Below are positions 1 through 9,091 of a stretch of 64,000 nucleotides of DNA, in pieces (position 1 is the first letter of the stretch; each line of letters starts with the position of its first letter). This DNA comes from Candidatus Latescibacterota bacterium. Its GTDB lineage: Bacteria > Latescibacterota > UBA2968 > UBA8231. The DNA lies in contig OZ241867.1 of the NCBI GenBank assembly GCA_965203175.1, forward strand, positions 1,152,001 to 1,216,000. The letters run 5' to 3'. The notes beneath the pieces were generated by a model. The model ran no database searches, had not been told where the DNA came from, and was given only the letters and a program-made list of their open reading frames with translations. Position numbers and translations under genes: made by a program.

Positions 1-10
1 GAGGATTGAC

Positions 11-1612
11 ATGCTCGTCGGATACGTCAGCAATGAACGCTATGTCGCCTTGGCCGATATGCTATTTGAGTTTCGCCGCGCCGACCGGGTTGCAACGGCG
101 CGCTCGACCATTTCGGGTGCCGTGTACGCAGACATCGAACCTGGGGAGTACGAGGTCGTCTTGGGCGGGCCAGGCCACGGTTCAAAGATCGTGCACATGG
201 AGGTGCGGCAAGACCAGCCATACCAGTTTCGCCTATTGTCGGACGGGCTGCTGGGCTACATGTGGCCCAAATGCGTGCGCGGCGGGGAACAAGCCGAATT
301 CCGGGTGCACGGGGTGGTCGAGTACGAACTGGAACTGTGGCGCTACGGTGCCCAAAAGGAGTTCATCCGCCGCATCGGCACTTTTGACGAGCACGGGCCG
401 CGGGCCAATATGCAGATCACGCCCGACGGCGATTACACCCAGACTGGCGTGCAGTGGAATAAGCACGGGTACCACAGCAAAGCCCTGAACCAATTCGTCG
501 AGGCTCCCCAGCGCTCGGGGCTGTACTACCTGCACGCCCGCGACAAAGAAGGGCGCTTCTTTACCTTCCCTTGGGTCGTGGCACCGACCCAACCCACGGC
601 ACCACTGGCCGTGCTGGCCTCGGACATCAACTGGAACGCGTACAATAGCTTTGGCGGCCGCAGCAACTACATCCACGCCGATTGCTTCCCCCCAACGCCG
701 ACACTCAACTCGCGCCTCGAACTAAAGCGCTACACCGAAAAAGAGCACCGCACGTACAATGCGGAGACGTACGCGCCATTGTCGCTGGAACGACCCGACC
801 CGTACAACCACATCGACGCGGACGAGGGGCTGACCGATCCCATTGCCGGCCGCCAGGGCTGCCACATGGCCGCAGCCGAGTGGCGTTTGTTCGGCTGGAT
901 GGAGCGCCAGGGCATTGATTACGACTTATACGGAGAGACGCAATTCCACTTTGATCAGGTGCCACTCGACCAGTACAAAGTACTGGTGATCAGCACCCAT
1001 CCCGAGTACTGGTCCAAGGAGATGTACTTCCGGCTCAAGCACTGGGTCTTCGAGCGCGGCGGGCGCTTGCTGTACTTGGGCGGCAACGGACTCAACTGCG
1101 AGGTCGAATTCCTCGACGACCACCGCATCGTGTACCACAATACCAACTGGAGCCATTCCGAGCCCCAGTTCGCCGCGGACGGGCGGGAGTACGAGAGCCG
1201 CTTTGACCGGCGGGTGGAATCAGAGGCCAACTTATTGGGCGTGGTCTTTTCCTATAGCGGCATCATGACCGCCGCACCGTATCGGGTATTAGACGATACC
1301 CACTGGTGTTTTGCGGGAACGGGCCTGAAAAACGGCGATGTTTTCGGCGAAAAAAGCCTGCATCAGCGCATACCTGGCGGGGCCTCGGGCCACGAAACCG
1401 ACAAAATCTCGCCGCAGTCGCCGACTAATACGCGGCTGCTGGCCAAGGGGCTCAACCCGGAAGAAGGCGGGGCCGAGATCGTCGAGCACGCGACCGCCAG
1501 CGGCGGGGCGGTCTTTTCAGTGGGCTCCATCTGCTGGCCAGCTTCCATTTTGGTCGACGAAGCCGTGTCCAAAATCACGGAAAATGCCATCCGTCGCTAT
1601 CTGACCGATTAG
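11..1612 (+). CDS. N,N-dimethylformamidase large(beta)-subunit family protein
   Basis: 533 aa. Motifs SGLYY, NWNAYN, HPEYWS, YLGGNG, GHETD and GAVFSVGSICW match the DMFase beta-subunit family. GAGGA RBS at 1-5. Confidence 0.8.
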   Translation: MLVGYVSNERYVALADMLFEFRRADRVATARSTISGAVYADIEPGEYEVVLGGPGHGSKIVHMEVRQDQPYQFRLLSDGLLGYMWPKCVRGGEQAEFRVHGVVEYELELWRYGAQKEFIRRIGTFDEHGPRANMQITPDGDYTQTGVQWNKHGYHSKALNQFVEAPQRSGLYYLHARDKEGRFFTFPWVVAPTQPTAPLAVLASDINWNAYNSFGGRSNYIHADCFPPTPTLNSRLELKRYTEKEHRTYNAETYAPLSLERPDPYNHIDADEGLTDPIAGRQGCHMAAAEWRLFGWMERQGIDYDLYGETQFHFDQVPLDQYKVLVISTHPEYWSKEMYFRLKHWVFERGGRLLYLGGNGLNCEVEFLDDHRIVYHNTNWSHSEPQFAADGREYESRFDRRVESEANLLGVVFSYSGIMTAAPYRVLDDTHWCFAGTGLKNGDVFGEKSLHQRIPGGASGHETDKISPQSPTNTRLLAKGLNPEEGGAEIVEHATASGGAVFSVGSICWPASILVDEAVSKITENAIRRYLTD

Positions 1613-1633
1613 GGAAAAGGCGACTCCACGGAT

Positions 1634-2380
1634 TCAATAGGTCGCCCGACCGCCGCTCACGTCAAAGCACTGGCCCGTAGCAAAGGTCGATTCGTCCGAA
1701 ACTAAAAACAAAATAGTCGCCGCCACTTCTTCGGGGCGGCCCAAGCGGCCGAGGGGGATTTTGGCGGTCAAGAAATCGACTCGGTCCTGGTCCATGCCCT
1801 GCAATATCGGCGTGTCAATCAGGGCCGGAGCCACGCAATTGACGCGGATGCCGCAGTCCAAAACCTCTTTGGCAAGGGTTTTGGTAAAGCAGATGACGCC
1901 CGCCTTGGATACGGAGTACGGTGCCATATTGGCGTTGCCCTCTTTGCCGGAGATAGAGGCCAGCGAGCAGATGACTCCACTCTGTTGCGGCAGCATGTAG
2001 CGCAAGGCAGCCCGCGAGCACAGAAAGGTCCCCTTGAGATTGATGTCGAGAACGCGGTCCCAGTCGTCTTCGGCTAAGTCTTTGACCGGCGTGTCCGTGC
2101 CGACAATGCCGGCGTTGTTGACCAAGATGTCGAGACCGCCCAACTGGTCGGCAACTTGGGCAAAGGCCCGGTCAATCGAAGCGGACTGGGCTACATCGAC
2201 GGCAAGGCCGATGGTCGAACCGCCGATTTCAGCAGCCGTCCGCTGCGCGCCATCGACGTCGATATCTAAGATGGCCACCTGGGCACCCTCAGCGGCGAGG
2301 CGCTCGGCAATGGCGCAGCCTATGCCGCGCGCGGCACCGGTGACAACGGCGTTTTTTCCCTTAAGGGGTTGCGGGTCCAT
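1634..2380 (-). CDS. SDR family NAD(P)-dependent oxidoreductase (FabG-like, possibly a sugar-acid dehydrogenase)
   Basis: TGAARGIG, NNAG and YSVSK (YxxxK) motifs; C-terminal FDVSGGRATY. Confidence 0.9.
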   Translation of the reverse strand: MDPQPLKGKNAVVTGAARGIGCAIAERLAAEGAQVAILDIDVDGAQRTAAEIGGSTIGLAVDVAQSASIDRAFAQVADQLGGLDILVNNAGIVGTDTPVKDLAEDDWDRVLDINLKGTFLCSRAALRYMLPQQSGVICSLASISGKEGNANMAPYSVSKAGVICFTKTLAKEVLDCGIRVNCVAPALIDTPILQGMDQDRVDFLTAKIPLGRLGRPEEVAATILFLVSDESTFATGQCFDVSGGRATY

Positions 2381-2419
2381 CTGGTTTTCTAAGCTCCCTA
2401 ATTAGCAATAAATTAATCG

Positions 2420-2435
2420 CCGCCAAAATTGGCGG
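2420..2435. promoter_or_regulatory. Palindrome CCGCCAA-AA-TTGGCGG in the divergent intergenic region (candidate operator)
   Basis: Perfect 7-bp inverted repeat between the divergent SDR and CRTAC1 genes. Confidence 0.3.
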
Positions 2436-2448
2436 ACATATCGCCTAC

Positions 2449-2593
2449 TGCGGCAAACCGATGCCGATTGACTTGCATGGCTTTTGGTCTCCATATATTG
2501 CAGTTTTATGGCGATACCAAGGAAAAATAATGCCCAATGATAGGCTTTCCAAAGGCAGTAGAGCAAATGTAGTAGCGGTGGTTTTGCTGCTGG
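2449..2593 (+). repeat. Copy A of a diverged promoter/RBS/signal-peptide cassette (copy B at ~31381-31530)
   Basis: Shared blocks in the same order: aaaccg, ttgactt, tggcttt, gcagttttatg, atacc, ATG, ggctttccaaag.cagta.agcaa, gttttgctgctg. Confidence 0.75.
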
Positions 2594-4236
2594 CCTCAAT
2601 CCTCACCAAAGCGACAGCCGAGACTCGCTTCGTCGAAGTAGCACGGCAGTCTGGTATTGACTTTGCCAATGTCTCAGGCACTCCCGAGAAGAAGTACATA
2701 ATTGAGACCCAAGCCGCCGGCGTGACTGCGTGGGACTACGATCTCGATGGGGACCCCGATTTGTACTTTACCATTGGTTCCCACCTCAAAGGAGAAGGGG
2801 CACCAGCAAACGCCCTATTTCGCAACGACGGAGGGCAGTTCGCCAACGCAACAGCAGGTAGCGGCACCGGCTTGCAGGGATGGAGCATGGGAGCCACGCC
2901 GGCCGACTATGACCTCGATGGGGACGACGATCTCTACGTCACGCGCTGGGGTCGCAACGCCTTGCTCCGCAACGAGGGCGGGGGACGCTTCACCGAGGTC
3001 GCTGCGTTCGCCAACGTCGATGACAATCGTTGGGGAATCGGCGCGGCATTCGCCGACTACGACCTCGACGGCGACCTCGATCTCTACGTCGCAAACTACA
3101 TCAAGTTCGAACTCAATGGTCCCCCGTTCTACGACAAGTGGTGTAATCACAGGGGAATAAAGGCCGCTTGCGGTCCAGCCGGCTTCAACGCAGAAAGAGA
3201 TGTCTTATTCCGCAACGACGGAAACGGCACCTTCAGTGACGTGAGCGCGGCTGCGGGGATTGACAACCCACCTCGTTATGGCATGCAAGTCGCCTGGGGC
3301 GATCTCGACGCGGATGGCGATCTCGACGCGTACGTGAGCAACGATGGACACGCCAATTCCCTATTGCGCAACGACGGGCGCGAGAAGTTCACCGAAATCG
3401 GCATGTCGTCGGGCGCGGCCTTCAGCGGCGATGGCCGATCCCAAGCTGGAATGGGAGTAGCTCTTGGCGACGGCGACGGCGATGGCTTGTGCGACATCTT
3501 CGTCACCAATTTCTCCCAGGACCACAACACGTACTACGAGAATGCAGACACCGGATTTTTCACCGACATCAGTGGCCAAGCAGGACTAGCCGGCAGTAGC
3601 CGCCCTTTTATGGGGTGGGCCACCTTCTTTTTCGACCACGACGGCGATACTGACCTAGATCTATTCGTCGCCAACGGCCACCTCATGCCTGCCATTGACC
3701 ATGCCGGTAGCGGGCTACACTACGCGCAGACAAACCAGCTATACCGCAATGACGGGGGCAGCAGATTTACAGAGATCAGCGGGCGCGCTGGCCCTGGGTT
3801 TGGCTTGGCAAGGGTGAGTCGCGGCGCAATCCATGGCGATCTGGACGGCGACGGCGACCCCGATATTGTAGTAGCCAATCTCGACGCGCCGCCAAGTTTA
3901 CTGCGCAACGACGGCGATCGCATCCATCACTGGCTCGGGCTAGACCTGCAGGGTCCACTTGGAAACCGCCACGGGATTGGTGCCTACGTCCTAGTGCGGT
4001 CGGGGGGCCGCGAGCAACATCGCCAAATATTCAGCGGCGACGGATTTATGGGGCAAAACGACCCGCGCCTCTTCATAGGGCTGGGAACGGCGCGCATTGT
4101 GGACCACTTGGAAGTGCGCTGGCCTTCCGGGCAGGTACAGCACTACCAGAACCTGACCGCAGATCGTTTCTACCTGATCCATTACCAAGACGGGCTTACA
4201 GTCCGAGGAGATGGGGAGAGGATGGGCTCTGAATGA
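2530..4236 (+). CDS. CRTAC1 / ASPIC-UnbV family protein with FG-GAP (VCBS) repeats, secreted
   Basis: Multiple DxDxDGDxDL repeats; C-terminal ASPIC/UnbV region (GIGAYV...GLG...EVRWPSG). Signal peptide from the ATG at 2530, preferred over the ORF-track start at 2461. Confidence 0.9.
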   Translation: MPNDRLSKGSRANVVAVVLLLASILTKATAETRFVEVARQSGIDFANVSGTPEKKYIIETQAAGVTAWDYDLDGDPDLYFTIGSHLKGEGAPANALFRNDGGQFANATAGSGTGLQGWSMGATPADYDLDGDDDLYVTRWGRNALLRNEGGGRFTEVAAFANVDDNRWGIGAAFADYDLDGDLDLYVANYIKFELNGPPFYDKWCNHRGIKAACGPAGFNAERDVLFRNDGNGTFSDVSAAAGIDNPPRYGMQVAWGDLDADGDLDAYVSNDGHANSLLRNDGREKFTEIGMSSGAAFSGDGRSQAGMGVALGDGDGDGLCDIFVTNFSQDHNTYYENADTGFFTDISGQAGLAGSSRPFMGWATFFFDHDGDTDLDLFVANGHLMPAIDHAGSGLHYAQTNQLYRNDGGSRFTEISGRAGPGFGLARVSRGAIHGDLDGDGDPDIVVANLDAPPSLLRNDGDRIHHWLGLDLQGPLGNRHGIGAYVLVRSGGREQHRQIFSGDGFMGQNDPRLFIGLGTARIVDHLEVRWPSGQVQHYQNLTADRFYLIHYQDGLTVRGDGERMGSE

Positions 4237-5585
4237 GGCGACAGCTACCGCTAGGCACCTTGCTGTTACTCAAGGCGATTCTCGTCGAGGGCTGCGGCTA
4301 CCAAGAAGAACAGCCCGCTCCTCAGACTGCGGAGGTTGAAACGACCCCCCTTGCTGCGGCTGCCGCCATCGACAAGGCGCACAATCTGCTCGATGTCCGT
4401 CAGTCCGAGGAAGCGGAACGAATTCTCAGGGAAGCCTTGGAGGTCGCCCCGGAACACGCACAACTCAACAATCTGCTCGGCGCAGCCCTAGTGGAGCTCA
4501 GCAACTTTGCAGAGGCCGAAGCCCGCTTTCGCAGAGCAGCAGAGCTGGATCCAACCCTAGCGGATCCCTTGGCCAGACTCGGCTGGCTTCTCTACGAAAA
4601 GCAGGGGAAGGCGACTGAGGCTAAGGCACTGTTGCAGCAGAGCCTAGAACTCGACCCCAACCACGAGAGGGGTCGCTATACACTGGGACTCGTGCATCAA
4701 CGCGAGGGCGAACTGGACAGCGCCGCCATGGTGTACGCCAGCCTACTGGAGCGAATACCATCGGCCGAAGCTCACCGCCAACTGGGCCTGACCTATCTGC
4801 AGCAAGGCAAACTGGAGCGCGCCCAGCGATCCCTCCAAGAAGCGGCGCGTTGGTCCCCGTACGACTCCCAAACCCTAGTGGGGTTAGGCCAAGTAATGGC
4901 CCGCCAAGGCAAGGCCGACAGCGCCCGGCTGATCCTCAAAGGGGCGGAGAAAATACGCCAAGAGGAAGAGGAACTTCGCCCTTTGCGAGACGCCGCCACG
5001 CGCTATCCGAATCGTCCCCAGTCGCACTTCAACTTGGGGGTGGCATACTCCCGCATGGGACGGTTGAAGTTGGCTCAGCAGGCGTACCGACGAGCCTTGA
5101 AAACGGATCCTTCGTACGGGCGCGCCTACAAGGGCCTCGGAACCCTTGCCATGTCCGCGGGGGAGTTGGAGCAAGCCGAGATTCTCTTTGTGAAAGCCCT
5201 CGCGCGCGACTCGACTCTAGCCACGGCGCACAACAATCTAGGGCTGATCTACCACGCCAGAGGCCACCATGCGGAGGCCGTCGCGCAATTTGAAGCCGCT
5301 GCTCGCGACGCTCCGCAACAGGCTCCTCTCTGGGCCAATGTAGCACGGGCCTATCGCGATCTGGGACGGGCCGAGCAAGCGCGCCGGACGGCAGCAAAGG
5401 CCCTAGCGATCGACTCTACATTTCACGGTGCAAGGGAGATACTCGGAGACGCGTACTTCCTGGACGGGGCGCTGGAGAAGGCGCTAGAGACCTGGCGTCG
5501 CGTCGCAGAGACAACGCCTAACGATACAGCGCTAGCCGCCAAGATTGAGCGGGCCGAGCAATTGTTAGAGAGCAGACCGCGATGA
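4233..5585 (+). CDS. Tetratricopeptide-repeat protein, probable lipoprotein
   Basis: Repeated TPR motifs (NNLLGAAL, HRQLGLTY, HFNLGVAY, HNNLGLIY); N-terminal hydrophobic stretch ending in Cys (VEGC); ATGA overlaps with both neighbours. Confidence 0.88.
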   Translation: MRRQLPLGTLLLLKAILVEGCGYQEEQPAPQTAEVETTPLAAAAAIDKAHNLLDVRQSEEAERILREALEVAPEHAQLNNLLGAALVELSNFAEAEARFRRAAELDPTLADPLARLGWLLYEKQGKATEAKALLQQSLELDPNHERGRYTLGLVHQREGELDSAAMVYASLLERIPSAEAHRQLGLTYLQQGKLERAQRSLQEAARWSPYDSQTLVGLGQVMARQGKADSARLILKGAEKIRQEEEELRPLRDAATRYPNRPQSHFNLGVAYSRMGRLKLAQQAYRRALKTDPSYGRAYKGLGTLAMSAGELEQAEILFVKALARDSTLATAHNNLGLIYHARGHHAEAVAQFEAAARDAPQQAPLWANVARAYRDLGRAEQARRTAAKALAIDSTFHGAREILGDAYFLDGALEKALETWRRVAETTPNDTALAAKIERAEQLLESRPR

Positions 5586-7330
5586 CCCGCGTGTGGGAAA
5601 GGATCAAGCTGATCATAGTGCTCCACATCATCGCCAATCCGCTCGGCGCAACGGGTCCGACGCCGGTCCACTTCGTGGACGTGGCCGAGGAGACGGGCTT
5701 GGTTTTCCACCACGAAACCGGAGCATGGGGAGGCCACTACCTGCCCGAGACGATGGGAGGGGGTGTCTGCGTTCTCGACTTCGACGGAGATGGTCGGCTC
5801 GATGTGTACGCCGTCAACGGCGCGCCCGTAGTCCCTCCGCCCGAAGCCCCCAGCAGGAAGCCCGTCAACGCCCTTTTCCGCCAGACCGCCGCAGGTCGTT
5901 TTGTTGAAATGGGTGCTGCTGTGGGGGTGGACCACAGAGGGATTGGCATGGGCTGTGCGGTCGGCGATTGCGACAACGACGGCGACCCGGATCTCCTCGT
6001 CACCAACTACGGATTCGATGCATTCTACCGCAACAATGGGAACGGCCAGTTCGACGAAGTCTCTATCTCCACCGGACTCGCCGACAGCCTGTGGAGCACG
6101 GGCGCAGCTTTCGGAGACGCCGATCTGGACGGCGACTTAGACCTGTATGTGGTCCACTACGTCGAATTTGATCCCGAGCGTCAGACCGGGGAGATGGCTC
6201 CCTACCTCGCCGATCTGTCGCTGGCGCGGGTAGAGGGCGAAGAGTTGCCAGCAGCCTATCCGCGGCCGTCCAGCTTTCCCGCGAGTCCAGATCGCATGCT
6301 GCGCAACGAAAATGGGCGGTTTGTCGACATCAGCTACCAAGCGAATCCAGACGTTATTGCCGGAAGGGGACTAGGGGTCGTCTTCGGCGACTACAACCTC
6401 GACGGTTGGCCCGATCTCTACGTCGCCAACGACGGAAATCCCAACTTCCTCTACCACAACCGGGGTGATGGGACCTTTGAGGAAGTGGGAGCGGCCTCGG
6501 GGACGGCGTACGGACTGTCGGGGCAGGCCGAGGCCGGCATGGGAGTCGACTTCGGCGACTACGACAACAACGGCTTTCCAGATCTGACGGTCACCAACTT
6601 CCAAGGAGAGCCAAACGATCTCTACCAAAACACGGGAATGGGTTTCTTTGCCAACGCCACGTACAGTTCGGGGACCGGCTGGGTAACGCTCCCTTTCCTA
6701 GGGTTTGGAACTGCGTTTTTGGATTTCGATAGCGATGGATGGCTCGACCTATTCGTCGCCAATGGGCACGTCTTGGATAACGTCGAGCGCTTCGACCCAT
6801 CCACCTCCTATCCGCAGCGCAATCTGCTGTTCCACAACAACGGCGCAGCCCAGAGTGGAGAGAATCGGTTCGTCGAAGTAGGTGCCGCATCCGGACCGGG
6901 GATGGCCCAGGTTCGAGTGAGCCGGGGGAGTGCAGTAGCAGACTGGAATGCAGACGGCGCGGTCGATCTGCTGGTGGCCAATATCGGCGAACGGCTTTCC
7001 CTTTTGCGCAACGAGAGAGGCAATGGACATCACTGGCTCGGGGTGAGACTCCAGGGACAATCGAGCAACCGGGATGGAATTGGTGCACAAGTCTGTGTTC
7101 GAACTGGTGAACTGAGACAGTGCCGGGAGGTACGGGGGGCCGGGAGCTACCTAAGTCACAGCGAATTGCGGCTCCACTTTGGTCTAGGATCGCACGCCGC
7201 AGTGGATTCTGTCGCGGTGCGTTGGCCCTCCGGGGGCGTGCAGCATCTGGTGAACGTCGAAGCGGATCAAACGCTGTTTGTGCTAGAGCCCATTACCGGT
7301 GGGGAACGCCGAGGGCATGGACCGCGATAG
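5582..7330 (+). CDS. CRTAC1 / ASPIC-UnbV family protein (second paralog)
   Basis: ETMGGGV, DxDGDGxLD repeats, AGMGVDFGDYDNNG, NRDGIGA, LHFGLG, VRWPSG. Confidence 0.9.
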   Translation: MTRVWERIKLIIVLHIIANPLGATGPTPVHFVDVAEETGLVFHHETGAWGGHYLPETMGGGVCVLDFDGDGRLDVYAVNGAPVVPPPEAPSRKPVNALFRQTAAGRFVEMGAAVGVDHRGIGMGCAVGDCDNDGDPDLLVTNYGFDAFYRNNGNGQFDEVSISTGLADSLWSTGAAFGDADLDGDLDLYVVHYVEFDPERQTGEMAPYLADLSLARVEGEELPAAYPRPSSFPASPDRMLRNENGRFVDISYQANPDVIAGRGLGVVFGDYNLDGWPDLYVANDGNPNFLYHNRGDGTFEEVGAASGTAYGLSGQAEAGMGVDFGDYDNNGFPDLTVTNFQGEPNDLYQNTGMGFFANATYSSGTGWVTLPFLGFGTAFLDFDSDGWLDLFVANGHVLDNVERFDPSTSYPQRNLLFHNNGAAQSGENRFVEVGAASGPGMAQVRVSRGSAVADWNADGAVDLLVANIGERLSLLRNERGNGHHWLGVRLQGQSSNRDGIGAQVCVRTGELRQCREVRGAGSYLSHSELRLHFGLGSHAAVDSVAVRWPSGGVQHLVNVEADQTLFVLEPITGGERRGHGPR

Positions 7331-7371
7331 ATTTGCCTGTCGAATACAGAGCCTCGGAGAACTTAAATTAG

Positions 7372-7447
7372 TTGACGGACTTAGCTTTCAATGATTATCT
7401 TGACCAATACTTGTATATTTTTATAAGTCTTTTATAAACATAAATTT
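7372..7447 (+). promoter_or_regulatory. AT-rich sigma70-like promoter region upstream of the PPIase/secreted-protein operon
   Basis: Very AT-rich island; TTGACC(7400)-N16-TATAAG(7422) and TTGACG(7372)-N18-TATCTT(7396). Confidence 0.45.
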
Positions 7448-9088
7448 ATGTTGTTAATATTCCTAATATCAATCGCGGTGGTCGCCTGTGGGCAAGGAGA
7501 TCCGGTCGTTGCCCGAGTCGGCGACGCCGAAATCTCGCTGTCGCAGGTGGAGCAGTTTGTGGAACGATTGCCCCAAGGCCTGCGCAGCCAAGACACCGGT
7601 CGCGTCGCGACCGTGGATCACGTCTGGTCGCTCATCGACCACCACCTCATTCTCGCAGAAACCCGTCGCCGAGGGCTCGCTGACGACGCCGAGATTCAGC
7701 GCAAACTAGTCCACCAACAACGCCGTTGGCTGGCTCAGCTGTACAGAGAGCGGAGTGGAATCGCGGAAATCGCAGTTTCCGCAGACGATGTAGAGCGGAC
7801 CTTCCTCCGCTTGGGGTTCGATAAGGAGCGCCTCCTCACTCGGCTCATCGTCGCCGACGAAAACCTGCTAGCAGAAGCTCTCGGGCGAATTCGTTCCGGA
7901 GCGCAGTTAGCTGAGGTCGCGCATGCGTACGGGGCAGAAGACTCAGTCTCTCTAGGGGATGGGACCGTCGGCTGGGTCGGCCGCGAGGCCCTGGCCCGCT
8001 ATCGCATACCAGAGGAAGTGTTCTTCTCCATCCAAGATGGGCGGCTTGCCCCTGTCGCCGACTTGGGCGGAGCGTGGCAGATCTACCAGTTCGAGAATAC
8101 GCGCTCGCGGCCCTTGGCGGATGTGTGGGATCTGGTACACGAACGAACTCTCAGGGAGCACCGGAGCCGGCGAAGCTACCAAGAATACGAGAAACTGGCC
8201 CGCCAACTAGAACTTCGCGTGAGGCTGGAGGGGCTAGAAGCCGCCCTCGCATTCGGCGGCGCTGGCGTCACTCCTCAGAGCCTCGCGGAGCCATTGGGCA
8301 CCCGGGTGCTGTGCGACTTCGGCGGAGACTCGCTGACCGTGCGCGACTTTCTGACCTCGTTGTTGCACATTGGCTTCCGCGGTGCCCTGAGGGACAGCGG
8401 CCACGTGATGCAGTTGGCAAGCTCCGAGGTACTGCCGGTCTATCTGTTCGCGGCGTCGGCCCGCAGTCAGGGGTGGGATAAAGAACCCGAATTCCAAGAA
8501 TTCGCCGAAAAGGAGCAACAACAGTTGATGCTGGAGGCCCTTGAGGAGCAGGCAGCAGCAGAGAGCGGTCCCATGGAGGAAGAAGACATCCGCGCGTATT
8601 ACGACCGCAATAAGGGGCAGTTCCGGGTGCCGGAGTCCGTCGTCATTAGGCGTCTCTATGTGGACACCTATGAACAGGCGCGGGACCTGCGAGAGGAGAT
8701 CGACGCAGGAGAAGAACTCATCCGACTTCTCGAGCGCCCGTTGGTCGCCCGCCACGTCCACCCTCGGTTGCAGGGGGTACGGCGATTTTTCCGCATTCAC
8801 GAGACGCACTTTCCGGAGTTGGTCGCGGGGGCGTTCGACGCCGCGACAGGCGATGTCGTCGGCCCAGTGCCAGTCGGGGACGGCTTCGCGGTCTTTGAGG
8901 TGTTAGAGCACATAGAGCCGGAAGTGCAGCCGTATGACGAGGCCCGCCCAAAAGTGCGTCGGTTGCTGCTCAAAGCGAGAAAGGACGAAGCCATGGCGGC
9001 CCTTATTCGCAAACTCAGGGAGCAACACCAAAATCAAATAACGCTCTACGACCTTCCAGTTGGTAAAGCGGGTGCGGAGGAATTGTAG
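7448..9088 (+). CDS. Parvulin-type (PrsA/SurA/PpiD-like) peptidyl-prolyl isomerase / foldase lipoprotein
   Basis: Lipobox-like VVAC; VARVGDAEI, IRAYYDRNKGQF, GDVVGPV..GFAVF and YDEARPKV are typical of tandem rotamase/SurA-like domains. Confidence 0.8.
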   Translation: MLLIFLISIAVVACGQGDPVVARVGDAEISLSQVEQFVERLPQGLRSQDTGRVATVDHVWSLIDHHLILAETRRRGLADDAEIQRKLVHQQRRWLAQLYRERSGIAEIAVSADDVERTFLRLGFDKERLLTRLIVADENLLAEALGRIRSGAQLAEVAHAYGAEDSVSLGDGTVGWVGREALARYRIPEEVFFSIQDGRLAPVADLGGAWQIYQFENTRSRPLADVWDLVHERTLREHRSRRSYQEYEKLARQLELRVRLEGLEAALAFGGAGVTPQSLAEPLGTRVLCDFGGDSLTVRDFLTSLLHIGFRGALRDSGHVMQLASSEVLPVYLFAASARSQGWDKEPEFQEFAEKEQQQLMLEALEEQAAAESGPMEEEDIRAYYDRNKGQFRVPESVVIRRLYVDTYEQARDLREEIDAGEELIRLLERPLVARHVHPRLQGVRRFFRIHETHFPELVAGAFDAATGDVVGPVPVGDGFAVFEVLEHIEPEVQPYDEARPKVRRLLLKARKDEAMAALIRKLREQHQNQITLYDLPVGKAGAEEL

Positions 9089-9091
9089 CGG

